DNA of 22,709 nucleotides from a virus. Positions 1 through 7,990 of the stretch are shown piece by piece. The translations under genes and the position numbers were made by a program. The first letter of the stretch is position 1, and each line of letters opens with the position of its first letter. The notes under the pieces are model-generated. The model saw only the letters and a program-made list of their open reading frames with translations. It made no database searches and had not been told where the DNA came from. The DNA is taken from the UHGV virus genome UHGV-2199615. One strand, 5' to 3'.

Positions 1-613
1 GGGCAAATCCACCCGGTATTCTCTCAAATAAAAAACGAGCATTTTTAAATCGACTGACATCTGGAAGAGTTGATACTTTAAAAGTAAGCCCTCGCCCATC
101 TATCTTTTCACCACCTGTTGCAACAGAAAGTAATTCTGATAGAGCTGATGTATCATCATGAACACCATCACCAATAGCCCCCCAACCTCTTACATCATAA
201 CTGTCTCTCCATCTTGCTATCTGAAGTTTTGGGTATTTATTCGCTCCATCTGGGTCTTCTAATTGCTGCCGTAGTTGATCAGGATCATACTTCAGCACAT
301 TCTGGAAATAGAACTGCTGTACGCCATACGCATCGTACACAGCCATAGAATGGCCTTGCACAGTTACGAACTTGGCAATCCGTCCGTTATATACAGGGTA
401 ACCAGCAGCGTTAATGATGATTGGTTGCGAAACAGGAACGTGAGAGCCGTCTTCGTTCTCTACATAAACCTGAATCCGGTTTTCAGGATTTACCGGGTCA
501 GTGTCAATTTTACCGATATAAATTTTGCCATTGGCTACGGCTTTAAAAGAACGCGCCATAGTGAAGAGTTGCGAAGGCATCGATACAATCACATTGGCTG
601 TAATGTCTGTCAT
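1..613 (-). CDS. Tailspike protein, 5' part (P22 gp9-type N-terminal head-binding domain joined to a different receptor-binding domain); 3' end lies beyond the window
   Basis: Minus-strand translation from ATG at 613 gives [59 protein letters not shown]..., the conserved P22/Sf6/HK620-type tailspike N-terminus as I recall it; GGAG about 8 nt upstream; frame stays open to position 1. Not in the supplied ORF track because it is truncated. Confidence 0.85.
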   Translation of the reverse strand, partial: MTDITANVIVSMPSQLFTMARSFKAVANGKIYIGKIDTDPVNPENRIQVYVENEDGSHVPVSQPIIINAAGYPVYNGRIAKFVTVQGHSMAVYDAYGVQQFYFQNVLKYDPDQLRQQLEDPDGANKYPKLQIARWRDSYDVRGWGAIGDGVHDDTSALSELLSVATGGEKIDGRGLTFKVSTLPDVSRFKNARFLFERIPGGFA

Positions 614-671
614 TTAATTTGCTCCAGATGCAAAGAATCGCCGCAGCATGGCCACGGTGAATTTTGGGCAT

Positions 672-694
672 AAAAAAACCCAGCCGAAGCTGGG
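672..694 (-). terminator. Rho-independent terminator downstream of ant
   Basis: Minus-strand RNA reads CCCAGC-UUCG-GCUGGG followed by a U7 run (plus strand a7-cccagc-cgaa-gctggg). Sits between ant stop (714) and tailspike start (613). Confidence 0.6.
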
Positions 695-713
695 TCGTTG
701 CGTTGGTTATCTG

Positions 714-1616
714 TCAGTAATTATGTACTGAAGGAGGTAATTCTTTATTCTTAAGTCTCATCCATGCGGAAAGATTCGTTGGTCCGTCTGGCTCATTGAT
801 ATCAACATCTCGTGTGTGATTGATTAAAACGTCTCTCGCCATATCGATAATACGGGAGAACTCATAACCGCAGTCATGACATCTGCCGGAATAGTTCGAT
901 TGAATTTGTTTTAGCGCCGGATACAGTTCGCGGAATAATGCCTGTGAGCGGTTGGCATAATCCCATAGCCATACAAGGCTGTTTGCTTCTTTTGCAGAAA
1001 GCTCGTTGGTTTTCTTCTCTTGTTTGCCGATGAACTCACCTTCAAGCACTACCCTGTGGATGTACTCTACTGCTTGTGGTATCTGAGATGCATCAAGCTC
1101 TTCAATACTTTCCACATTGAAACGCTGATGAATCATTGCATAAGCTTCTGGGTACATTAGATGCTTTTTGCTGACTAGCATATTTACAGCATCACGAAGC
1201 GGAGTCCTGTCATCAACAGATGTTTTCTTCCGTGCATTTGCTGCCTCTCCCTTTGTCCAGTAGTCATGCAGCACAGTAAAGCATTCTTCCTGGTACTGAA
1301 TCAGTTTATCGCGGATGTCAGCACGAACTTTCTCAGGGTTGATGCTGAACAGCCATCCATTTAACTTCTTCAAAGGAAGGCAGAGTAGCTTACGAAGCTT
1401 ACCATCAGCGGCAACCATGTTCATATGAACACAGTTGAATTTGCTAATCTGCTTCATGAGTTTTGTTTGCTGCGTTGACCAGCTCATTCCGAGGTTTTCA
1501 ACGATTGGCTTCATCGCAACATATGCAACTCCGGCAGCCATGGCGGTGATAATTTGCTGACCGTTGAATGGCACGTAAGAGGTGTTCACTGCTTCTAAAA
1601 TTGCTATACTATTCAT
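714..1616 (-). CDS. ant: Antirepressor Ant (P22 immI-type)
   Basis: ORF 714..1682; start chosen at internal Met ([21 protein letters not shown]...), giving 300 aa, with GGAGA about 10 nt upstream. Sits downstream of an arc-like gene and upstream of tailspike, as in P22 immI. Confidence 0.8.
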   Translation of the reverse strand: MNSIAILEAVNTSYVPFNGQQIITAMAAGVAYVAMKPIVENLGMSWSTQQTKLMKQISKFNCVHMNMVAADGKLRKLLCLPLKKLNGWLFSINPEKVRADIRDKLIQYQEECFTVLHDYWTKGEAANARKKTSVDDRTPLRDAVNMLVSKKHLMYPEAYAMIHQRFNVESIEELDASQIPQAVEYIHRVVLEGEFIGKQEKKTNELSAKEANSLVWLWDYANRSQALFRELYPALKQIQSNYSGRCHDCGYEFSRIIDMARDVLINHTRDVDINEPDGPTNLSAWMRLKNKELPPSVHNY

Positions 1617-1697
1617 GTTGGTTTTTCTCCACGGATTTACCGACAACCGAAGCCCTGACTGTTCCAGCAGTTGGGGCTTCACTGTTTTGATTTCTTT
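1617..1697 (+). ncRNA. Candidate sar-like antisense RNA complementary to the ant ribosome-binding site (about 70-80 nt)
   Basis: Plus-strand -10-like TATACT at 1605-1610 (a TTCACT -35-like hexamer lies only 14 nt upstream, so the promoter is weak evidence). Plus-strand hairpin gaagccctgactg(1649-1661)/cagttggggcttc(1668-1680), 13 bp with two G-U pairs, followed by a U-rich tract (actgttttgatttcttt). A transcript would be antisense to the ant SD and start codon. Inferred by analogy with P22 sar. Confidence 0.35.
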
Positions 1698-1848
1698 GCC
1701 GCATCAAGCATCACTTCTGAAAACGTGCGCTTGCCACTGAATACTCTTTCTCTTCTCAATTTTTCGTTCGTGCCAAATGATTCGCCATGAACAAAATTTG
1801 GTCTTAAAATGGTAATCGCAATCTCTTTGACTACTGCATCCAAGCGAA

Positions 1849-2001
1849 TCACACCGTTACCCCCTCTCTCTTCAGGCTGTCTATCAGGCGCTTGATAACC
1901 TCTGAGTTAAACGACCTGCACTCTTCCTTTGCCCTGCTACCGATAGCATCCTTTAACGACTGCGGCATCCTTACCAAAATCTTACTTATTTCTTTCTCCA
2001 T
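1849..2001 (-). CDS. arc: Arc-like ribbon-helix-helix repressor
   Basis: ORF 1849..2037; start chosen at internal Met (MEKEISKILVRMPQSLKDAIGSRAKEECRSFNSEVIKRLIDSLKREGVTV, 50 aa) preceded by GGAGGG. RHH signature (RMP...R..A...RS.NSE) and size similar to P22 Arc (53 aa). Divergent from the mnt-like gene. Confidence 0.7.
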   Translation of the reverse strand: MEKEISKILVRMPQSLKDAIGSRAKEECRSFNSEVIKRLIDSLKREGVTV

Positions 2002-2115
2002 GTTACCCTCCACGCAAACAACTCTTTTCGAATACAAAAGATAGCAAAGTGAGTATATCTAGTCAAAATTTTTTTGCATACACTTTGCTATCAAATTGAA
2101 TACCAAAGGTGTTAT
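2002..2115. promoter_or_regulatory. Divergent immI promoter/operator region (Pant-like leftward, Pmnt-like rightward)
   Basis: 114-bp AT-rich spacer between divergent arc-like and mnt-like genes. Perfect 12-bp inverted repeat gatagcaaagtg (2040-2051) and cactttgctatc (2081-2092), 29 bp apart. Confidence 0.5.
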
Positions 2116-2364
2116 ATGGCAAAGGGTGTGTCAATTTCTCCAACTACGGTAAGAATCCCTGAATCTTTACGCGAGGCTCTTGCTGTCAGAGCATCAAAAA
2201 ATGGTCGCTCTGTTAACTCCGAGATCGTCATGATTTTGCAAGCCGCGATTGATGAAGATAGGTCGCCAAAGTCAGTTGAGTCATTTGCTCAGCAAGAAGC
2301 TGATAAATTCAAAGAGGCGCTACTTGAGACGCTAAAGACCATGTATGCTAAGGATGAAAAATAA
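2116..2364 (+). CDS. mnt: Mnt-like ribbon-helix-helix repressor
   Basis: ORF 2074..2364; start chosen at internal Met (MAKGVSISPTTVRIPESLREALAVRASKNGRSVNSEIVMILQAAI...TLKTMYAKDEK, 82 aa). Resembles P22 Mnt (83 aa) in the N-terminal RHH and C-terminal helix, and is divergent from arc-ant. Confidence 0.7.
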   Translation: MAKGVSISPTTVRIPESLREALAVRASKNGRSVNSEIVMILQAAIDEDRSPKSVESFAQQEADKFKEALLETLKTMYAKDEK

Positions 2365-2900
2365 TGCTGCACACAATTCATTTCTTATGCCCTGTTAACA
2401 CTGCCACTGTTGGGCAACTTCAGAACCACTGTCTCACCGCATTATCTCAAGGCGCAACTGAATTAAATATCCATATATCAAGTCAGGGAGGGGAAACTGC
2501 TGCTGGCTTTACTGCGTATAACTTTCTTAAGTCACTCCCTGTTACCGTTAGAACTCACAACATAAGCAATGTTGAATCCATAGCTAATATCGTTTTCCTG
2601 GCTGGCTCAGAACGTTTCGCAAACCCATTATCAAGATTCCTGTTACATCCTCTATTATGGTGCTTTGCCTCCCCAGCCGCCGACCATGCCAGATTGAGAG
2701 AGTACGGGAAATGCCTCGATAACGATCTTGATCGCTTCGTTGAGACGTTCAATATCGACATCGGAACCCATATTAGGTGGGCATCCCTGATAGCAGACTC
2801 GACCATTTTGGATGCTAACAAGGCTCTTGAGCATGGCATAATTAATTCCATAAAAACTGCAAGGCTGGCATCCAATCAGGCAAACTGGTGGGTTGTTTGA
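2364..2900 (+). CDS. ClpP/S14-fold (Clp-protease-like) protein of unknown role, translationally coupled to mnt
   Basis: ATG at 2364 overlaps the mnt TAA (taATG). 178 aa with HISSQGGETAAGFTAYNFL and NVESIANIVFLAGSERFANPLSRFLLHP, which align by eye with the ClpP motifs NSPGG..AG..IYD and GQAASMGAFLLTAGAKGKR...SRVMIHQP. Candidate Ser, His and Asp positions are present. Confidence 0.6.
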   Translation: MLHTIHFLCPVNTATVGQLQNHCLTALSQGATELNIHISSQGGETAAGFTAYNFLKSLPVTVRTHNISNVESIANIVFLAGSERFANPLSRFLLHPLLWCFASPAADHARLREYGKCLDNDLDRFVETFNIDIGTHIRWASLIADSTILDANKALEHGIINSIKTARLASNQANWWVV

Positions 2901-2925
2901 TGGGTAAATCATGATTACTCCTTAT

Positions 2926-2950
2926 AAAAAACCCACCTGACGGTGGGTTT
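2926..2950 (-). terminator. Intrinsic terminator between convergent genes (strong on minus strand, weak on plus)
   Basis: Plus strand a6-cccacc-tgac-ggtggg-ttt. The minus-strand RNA gets a 6-bp GC stem followed by U6, immediately after the stop of the 149-aa ORF. Confidence 0.6.
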
Positions 2951-3398
2951 AGTCAAACATAGTGTTTCTAAAGTCTCTCGCATACCCTGCTAACACTCTC
3001 ATTCTATTATGATTGTTAGCAGACATGTGAGCTACAGGATGAAAAAGAGCAATCAATGAATACCTGTTCTCATCAAAAAGATTTTGTGCATAAACGAGAG
3101 CGGTATTGGATGTTTTATGCCACTGCAACTTTTGCGGTGTGCTGATATCTGTGCCATTTTTTATTGGCTCAAATTTATTTTCACCAATTGCTAAATGAAG
3201 GTGCATAAGGCCTGCATCTTCAATATCAGGAGGTCGATGATAAGAGGTGTCTCTGCCAAAATAGCTGGGCAACGTTCCCGTAGACTTGTAGATGATAAAA
3301 TCATCTACAAGTGTTTGTTTTAAATCAGGAAACTCAACAAAAACCGGGGAGAAAAAATAGTCAAAACTATCCTGATTATATTCCACGGTTACTTGCAT
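2949..3398 (-). CDS. Putative toxin, YafO-like (ribosome-dependent mRNA interferase family) by recalled motif similarity
   Basis: 149 aa; GAGG SD 7 nt upstream of ATG at 3398; starts 8 nt after the stop of the upstream 188-aa ORF. Segments DFIIYKSTGTLPSYFGRD, LMHLHLAIGEN and QKLQWHKTSNTALVYAQNLFDE resemble E. coli YafO as I recall it (FISYKRDGVLPDIFGRD, VAHIHLANENN, QLRQWSRTNDTAHLVYCQGAFDE). Confidence 0.6.
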   Translation of the reverse strand: MQVTVEYNQDSFDYFFSPVFVEFPDLKQTLVDDFIIYKSTGTLPSYFGRDTSYHRPPDIEDAGLMHLHLAIGENKFEPIKNGTDISTPQKLQWHKTSNTALVYAQNLFDENRYSLIALFHPVAHMSANNHNRMRVLAGYARDFRNTMFD

Positions 3399-3406
3399 GT
3401 TTTACC

Positions 3407-3973
3407 TCAGTGGAAGTTACCAGAGTGAAACACACGAGTCCCGTGCTCAGCAAGCGCACGCAAACCAGCCATATCTACGGAACTATCAAAAACAACCGGA
3501 ACACATGAGCGTTGTTTAATAAGACTATTCAGGTTGGTTACGGCAGATCTGGCATCAGCAACAACGATATAGATATCTCTTGCGATCTCTTTAAAATCAG
3601 CAGAAGCTTCTTTGAATACCGATTTCATTGCCCCTTCAAGTCCTCTCAATTGATGCTCTATCAATCGAGACTTTTCTGGTTCAATGATAGACAACACATT
3701 GTCTACATTCTCATCGGTAGCGTTTGCAAGAACACGATAAGCGTATTTCAGCATTCGAGACAATTCTTTAATCGAAGACACCGCCTCATGAAGCTCATCA
3801 TTAGCCCGTTCACTGCTGAATGAGGATTGATGGTAAGCGTGCTGAACGTTATCAGTAACAACCACCTCACAACTGAACGCAGAAGCTTGCTGTAATAGCA
3901 AACCTATTGCGACTCCAGCTTTGGCAGCGTTCAAGCTAAACATTTCATCAATCCCATTAGTCTCATTGCTCAT
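3407..3973 (-). CDS. Hypothetical protein (188 aa), first gene of a two-gene operon; candidate antitoxin or partner of the YafO-like protein
   Basis: ORF 3407..4003; start chosen at internal Met (MSNETNGIDEMF...) preceded by strong SD AAGGAGG. No motif I recognise, and no obvious RHH/HTH. Stop TGA lies 8 nt before the downstream ATG. Confidence 0.6.
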   Translation of the reverse strand: MSNETNGIDEMFSLNAAKAGVAIGLLLQQASAFSCEVVVTDNVQHAYHQSSFSSERANDELHEAVSSIKELSRMLKYAYRVLANATDENVDNVLSIIEPEKSRLIEHQLRGLEGAMKSVFKEASADFKEIARDIYIVVADARSAVTNLNSLIKQRSCVPVVFDSSVDMAGLRALAEHGTRVFHSGNFH

Positions 3974-4148
3974 ACAAACCTCCTTCTTATCGGAGATTAT
4001 CAATAGCTATGCATCCATTGAATACACGCTATGCGCAATAAGTTTACGTCACGTGATATCATTATGCAACCACCGTTCTATCACCGACTAACTTTACTCC
4101 CACTCCTATACATCATCTGGTATCCTGCGCAAAACTAAGGAGGTTGGT
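3974..4148. promoter_or_regulatory. Divergent promoter region between the 188-aa operon (minus) and the membrane-protein gene (plus)
   Basis: 175-bp AT-rich intergenic region; palindrome TCACGTGA at 4049-4056 is a possible operator; strong SDs on both flanks. Confidence 0.3.
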
Positions 4149-4499
4149 GTGAATGCTCAGTCTGTCATCATGGTTTTCCTTGGGCTGATTGTCGCAAAAC
4201 TATATCCAGACTGGTGGAAAGGGGCATTAGCTACTGTCGCCATCTATTTGCTTTTATCCATCGTTAAGCGATCACTCGCTGAGACCGTAAATCAAGCAAA
4301 ACGTTTCTCATTTAAGAGTTTAATAAACTATGTTACTGGGCTTATTTTTTGCCTTTCAATTCTGATCGCTTCGGCTTTTTTGCCCGTATCAATAGCTAAT
4401 TTTTTTGGCGCACCATATGAGGTAGGTTATCTATTCTCTGTTTCCTGTCTTGCCATTGCTCTTCTTTACCTGTGGACGAGATCAAAGAATAAAAATTAG
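4149..4499 (+). CDS. Small polytopic inner-membrane protein (116 aa); candidate superinfection-exclusion or lysogenic-conversion protein
   Basis: GTG start preceded by TAAGGAGG. Three to four hydrophobic helices (VIMVFLGLIVAKLY, ALATVAIYLLLSIV, LIFCLSILIASAFLPVSIANFF, LFSVSCLAIALLYLW). Convergent with the gp16-like gene, in the position occupied by sieA in P22. Confidence 0.55.
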   Translation: MNAQSVIMVFLGLIVAKLYPDWWKGALATVAIYLLLSIVKRSLAETVNQAKRFSFKSLINYVTGLIFCLSILIASAFLPVSIANFFGAPYEVGYLFSVSCLAIALLYLWTRSKNKN

Positions 4500-4516
4500 C
4501 CATCCGTGGCTGCCAG

Positions 4517-6532
4517 TTATTGAGCTTCTTTTTGTGATGCCTGTGCGACTCTGGTGAGCGATTGTGTGACCGTACTGATCGCTCTGTCATATGCTGTGCT
4601 ACCTTTTGGCGTATTTGCCAGACGTAACAAGGCATTTCGTATAACAGGGCTTTCGTATGCCTTCGCAGCTCCTCCTACGACACCAGCAGCAGGAACAACA
4701 AACGCAGCCGTTTTTAGCATCCCCGCTAATACTGCTGCGTTTATGATGCCACCACCAACTAACAATCCATAAAGCTGCTGACCATTTAAGTTTTGAACGT
4801 TCGCTTTTGCCGCGTGTCTTGTATCGTTGAGGTATTTAATAACGCCGTCCAGTTCCTTTCCATGTACGCCTTTAAAGAAAGTTGCTGATTGCTTCCTGTT
4901 CCGGTGTAACGCATTAATAAACTTTTCAACACTAATATTTCCAGACGGATCAGTCGCCTTATCTACAGCATTCTGAACTATGGCTGCTCGTGCGTTTTGC
5001 CTACCATTGTCATCCAGAAGCCTGTAAAGCTGAGAACGTTCTGATGGGTTTTGGCTAAAAACGAGTTTTGTTACATCCTCAGGTGTAGCCTTGCCGCTGG
5101 CTATTGCCTTTTGAACGCGCGTTCTTCTCATCATGTCATTGAATCTAGCCCATGAGCGATCAACCCTAGACATATTGGCAGCTTCTTCTGAGCCTAGTTT
5201 TTGGGATACTGCTTTTTTCATATCCGCTGTATATGCCTTGTAGACAATATCGCTGGCTTTCTGGAGCGTGTCTTTATCAACAGTCTCGTTTGAATTCATG
5301 AACCGCTTTCGAAGGTCAGTTCTGTTTTCTCTCGCCAGACGCAGGTCATTGGGTCCGCTGGTGATATCGTCTTTAAATTGCTGCAAGACTTTTACCGCGG
5401 CTCTATCCTGAGATTTGCCCGGGCGGCTTAACACGGCAATCTGATTGTCGATAGCTTTTACCGTGTTTGAGAGATCGACAGGGGTATCCCCCATAGCGTC
5501 AATTATGCGGTTATATCGCTTTCCTGCTGCCTCAATGAATTTTTGTTGCCCTTTAGTCGCAGATTCATAAAGCTGTTTATCAGAAATGCCACCCAGACCA
5601 TCGCTAAATGTTCTGACTAAATTTTCTCGTGCTTGTTGTTGATTCAGCCGATTCTTACCGGTTCCAAAAAAAGGAACTCTTTCGCCTAATGTCTGAGCCT
5701 GACTCTGCATAAAGGTTTTATCTTTCAGCGTGTCACTGGTCATTAACGGCAGGTTTCTTTCCGACGCAAAATCGACAGCAGCCTTTGCTTCCGGTGACAT
5801 CTCACCGCGAACAGCCCTGGAAACCGCACTAACTGTATTTTCCAGCCCCTTGCCAACACCACCAATGCCAGCAGAAATTACCGTTTGTGCAGGATCAATA
5901 TCTTCTCCGCCAGCAAGGCTGGTGCCACCCTGTAGTGCTAAATCTGTAGCAGCTGATTTCCCTATGGCACCAAGCACCGTTCCAGCCCTGCCCGCTGGTG
6001 TGAACGCTAACGCATTAGCAAGAAACGAAGTCAGGTCTTGCGGTGATAAACCTGGCTTGTTCAGGGCATAATCACCGGATGGCAGGGAAACGATAGTGTT
6101 ACCCTTCTCATCCTGCCTTAATTTCGCCCCCATACTCTGAAGAATCTTTTCCTGAGACGCGTCGGAGCCGAAAAGTTGAGACCATCCAGCCTTCAGGGCA
6201 TCCATGCTTAGTGAGTTCAACTCAGGGGCAGCCCCAACATTTTGCAGTCTCTCCATTTCTGGTGTCATTCGGCTTTCACCGGTAACGGCATCGCGCATTG
6301 CAGCACCTAAAACAGCCCCTTGCTCAGCAGAGCGATCTAGTCCTTCCTTCTGCTGAGTGGCAAGCTGTGCATATCCTGATGCAAGTGAGTTGTCTGCTGG
6401 CGATTGCTGAACACCTTGTTGTGTTGGCGCTGACTGACCAGCAAAATACTCATCAATGGCGGACCCAATATCTTCCGTGCTCGTACCATCAGGAAAGGTA
6501 AATGTCTTACCATTTGCAGTTACTTTCATCAT
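4517..6532 (-). CDS. Ejection (E) protein, P22 gp16-like
   Basis: 671-aa ORF, last of three consecutive ejection-protein genes (230, 483, 671 aa) matching the P22 order gp7-gp20-gp16; start overlaps the gp20-like stop (ATGA). Confidence 0.75.
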   Translation of the reverse strand: MMKVTANGKTFTFPDGTSTEDIGSAIDEYFAGQSAPTQQGVQQSPADNSLASGYAQLATQQKEGLDRSAEQGAVLGAAMRDAVTGESRMTPEMERLQNVGAAPELNSLSMDALKAGWSQLFGSDASQEKILQSMGAKLRQDEKGNTIVSLPSGDYALNKPGLSPQDLTSFLANALAFTPAGRAGTVLGAIGKSAATDLALQGGTSLAGGEDIDPAQTVISAGIGGVGKGLENTVSAVSRAVRGEMSPEAKAAVDFASERNLPLMTSDTLKDKTFMQSQAQTLGERVPFFGTGKNRLNQQQARENLVRTFSDGLGGISDKQLYESATKGQQKFIEAAGKRYNRIIDAMGDTPVDLSNTVKAIDNQIAVLSRPGKSQDRAAVKVLQQFKDDITSGPNDLRLARENRTDLRKRFMNSNETVDKDTLQKASDIVYKAYTADMKKAVSQKLGSEEAANMSRVDRSWARFNDMMRRTRVQKAIASGKATPEDVTKLVFSQNPSERSQLYRLLDDNGRQNARAAIVQNAVDKATDPSGNISVEKFINALHRNRKQSATFFKGVHGKELDGVIKYLNDTRHAAKANVQNLNGQQLYGLLVGGGIINAAVLAGMLKTAAFVVPAAGVVGGAAKAYESPVIRNALLRLANTPKGSTAYDRAISTVTQSLTRVAQASQKEAQ

Positions 6533-7980
6533 TCCACCGTAAATTGAATGCCTGATTTTGACGTGTAGCTACCTCCTGCTGATTGCTGAGTAGCTGGCTG
6601 TTGCCTTGATGATTTCTTCCCGCCATTACCAACATTAACGTTATATTGCTGGTTGTAATTGTCGGTATATTGCTGAATGTCGCGCATTGATTGTTGCAGC
6701 GCTTCAGGACTTGAGAAATCAGGCTTTGGCATACCCTGAAAATACCTATTGGCCTCTGCTTCGGTGTTGATGCCAGATGCCCCCATATCTCGGGCTGCTG
6801 CAATCCCCTGATTTTGCATTTTGCCCATGATTCGCTGTGCAGCGTTGTATAGCCTCCTCTCCTCAACACCAGATGCCCTGCTACGAATATCTGCACCAAG
6901 AGCAAAAGAACCTGAAGAACCTGTAATACCTGTCATGAAGCCAAGATCGTCAATTGATGCGCCAGAAATTGCATCAAGATCTTTCTTCATTTCGTAATTC
7001 TGTGCATTAGCTGCCGATGTAGCCGGAGCAGCAATAGAACTGGCGGGGACGCGAATCATATTGCCCTCGTTGTCTATTCCTTCGTAGAACGCATTAGCAC
7101 CAGCGCCGTGAAGCTTCCTACCAACCGTTACCGTTCTGCCATCTGCCAGTTGCACAACATTCTCCCCGCCAGCATCAGGACGACCTCGAACACGAAGATA
7201 TGTCTTTTGTTGCTCTGGAGACAGGCTGTTGAAATATTGATATTCTTTAACAGATGCAGGAACAGCACCTCCAGCAGTGCGCAGGGAGTTTTCACGGCTA
7301 ACAGCAATGCTTTGCGCCTTTAAACCTTCCCCAGCTTTATTGCTGCGAATCGTCTCTGCCAACTTGCCACGCTCAATATCCCGACCTTCCATTTGATCTT
7401 TGATATCGAAATACTTCTCATGACCGAGAGAAAATAGTGCCAGATTACCTGCGAAGTGCTGGAAGCCCTGCGGGTCATTAACCTGCATTTCCGCAATAGT
7501 TTCTGGAGGGATACCTAAACGACGCATCTCCTTTTCGTTATCCATCATGAACCTGCCAAATGCACCCGGACCAAGCGACGAAGCGACCTGAGCCTTAAGC
7601 GCCAGATTGCCAAAATCATCCCGCTGGGCGTCATCGACATACCCCATGCCTTTACGGACTTCCTCAAACTCTTCGGGGAATGCTGTAATAAGATTACGCA
7701 TCTGCTCCCTGTCGCCGGACGCATAAGCATCCGCATAACCTTTCTGGAATGCCGCTTTACGCTCCTGCTTTTGCTGCTGCTTATAAATATCAGCAACTCC
7801 AGCCAGACCACGAAGACCTGTCAGAGCAACGTTATTTGCACCTGATCGAGCCAGTTCATTGTTTTCGCGGATCAGACCAAGCGTTGCGTTAATGTCGCTT
7901 GCCTTTGGCGCATTCTCATTTTGCGTACCGATGCCAGCCAGAAACCCACCAGAATTAATACCCTGTTGCCACGTAGCCAT
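6529..7980 (-). CDS. Ejection protein, P22 gp20-like
   Basis: 483 aa (P22 gp20 is about 471 aa); position between the gp7-like and gp16-like genes. Confidence 0.75.
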   Translation of the reverse strand: MATWQQGINSGGFLAGIGTQNENAPKASDINATLGLIRENNELARSGANNVALTGLRGLAGVADIYKQQQKQERKAAFQKGYADAYASGDREQMRNLITAFPEEFEEVRKGMGYVDDAQRDDFGNLALKAQVASSLGPGAFGRFMMDNEKEMRRLGIPPETIAEMQVNDPQGFQHFAGNLALFSLGHEKYFDIKDQMEGRDIERGKLAETIRSNKAGEGLKAQSIAVSRENSLRTAGGAVPASVKEYQYFNSLSPEQQKTYLRVRGRPDAGGENVVQLADGRTVTVGRKLHGAGANAFYEGIDNEGNMIRVPASSIAAPATSAANAQNYEMKKDLDAISGASIDDLGFMTGITGSSGSFALGADIRSRASGVEERRLYNAAQRIMGKMQNQGIAAARDMGASGINTEAEANRYFQGMPKPDFSSPEALQQSMRDIQQYTDNYNQQYNVNVGNGGKKSSRQQPATQQSAGGSYTSKSGIQFTVE

Positions 7981-7990
7981 TGATTACCCC

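Noticed and set aside
275-673. 132-aa ORF on the plus strand
   Set aside because: Lies antisense within the tailspike 5' coding region and the ant terminator; no SD and no recognisable motif; the tailspike frame on the opposite strand is clearly the real gene.
1616-1682. N-terminal 22-codon extension of ant given by the ORF track
   Set aside because: The internal Met gives [12 protein letters not shown]..., has an SD, and the extension would run into the sar-like terminator hairpin; the shorter form fits the 300-aa Ant size.
2555-2912. Minus-strand ORFs of 106 and 85 aa overlapping the ClpP-like gene
   Set aside because: Antisense to an ORF with recognisable protease-fold motifs and translational coupling to mnt; no independent support.
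4498-4511. Short hairpin agcca-tccg-tggct between the convergent membrane-protein and gp16-like genes as a bidirectional terminator
   Set aside because: Only a 5-bp stem, and the late operon must read through to the tailspike; too weak to call as a feature, so mentioned only as a possible island boundary.
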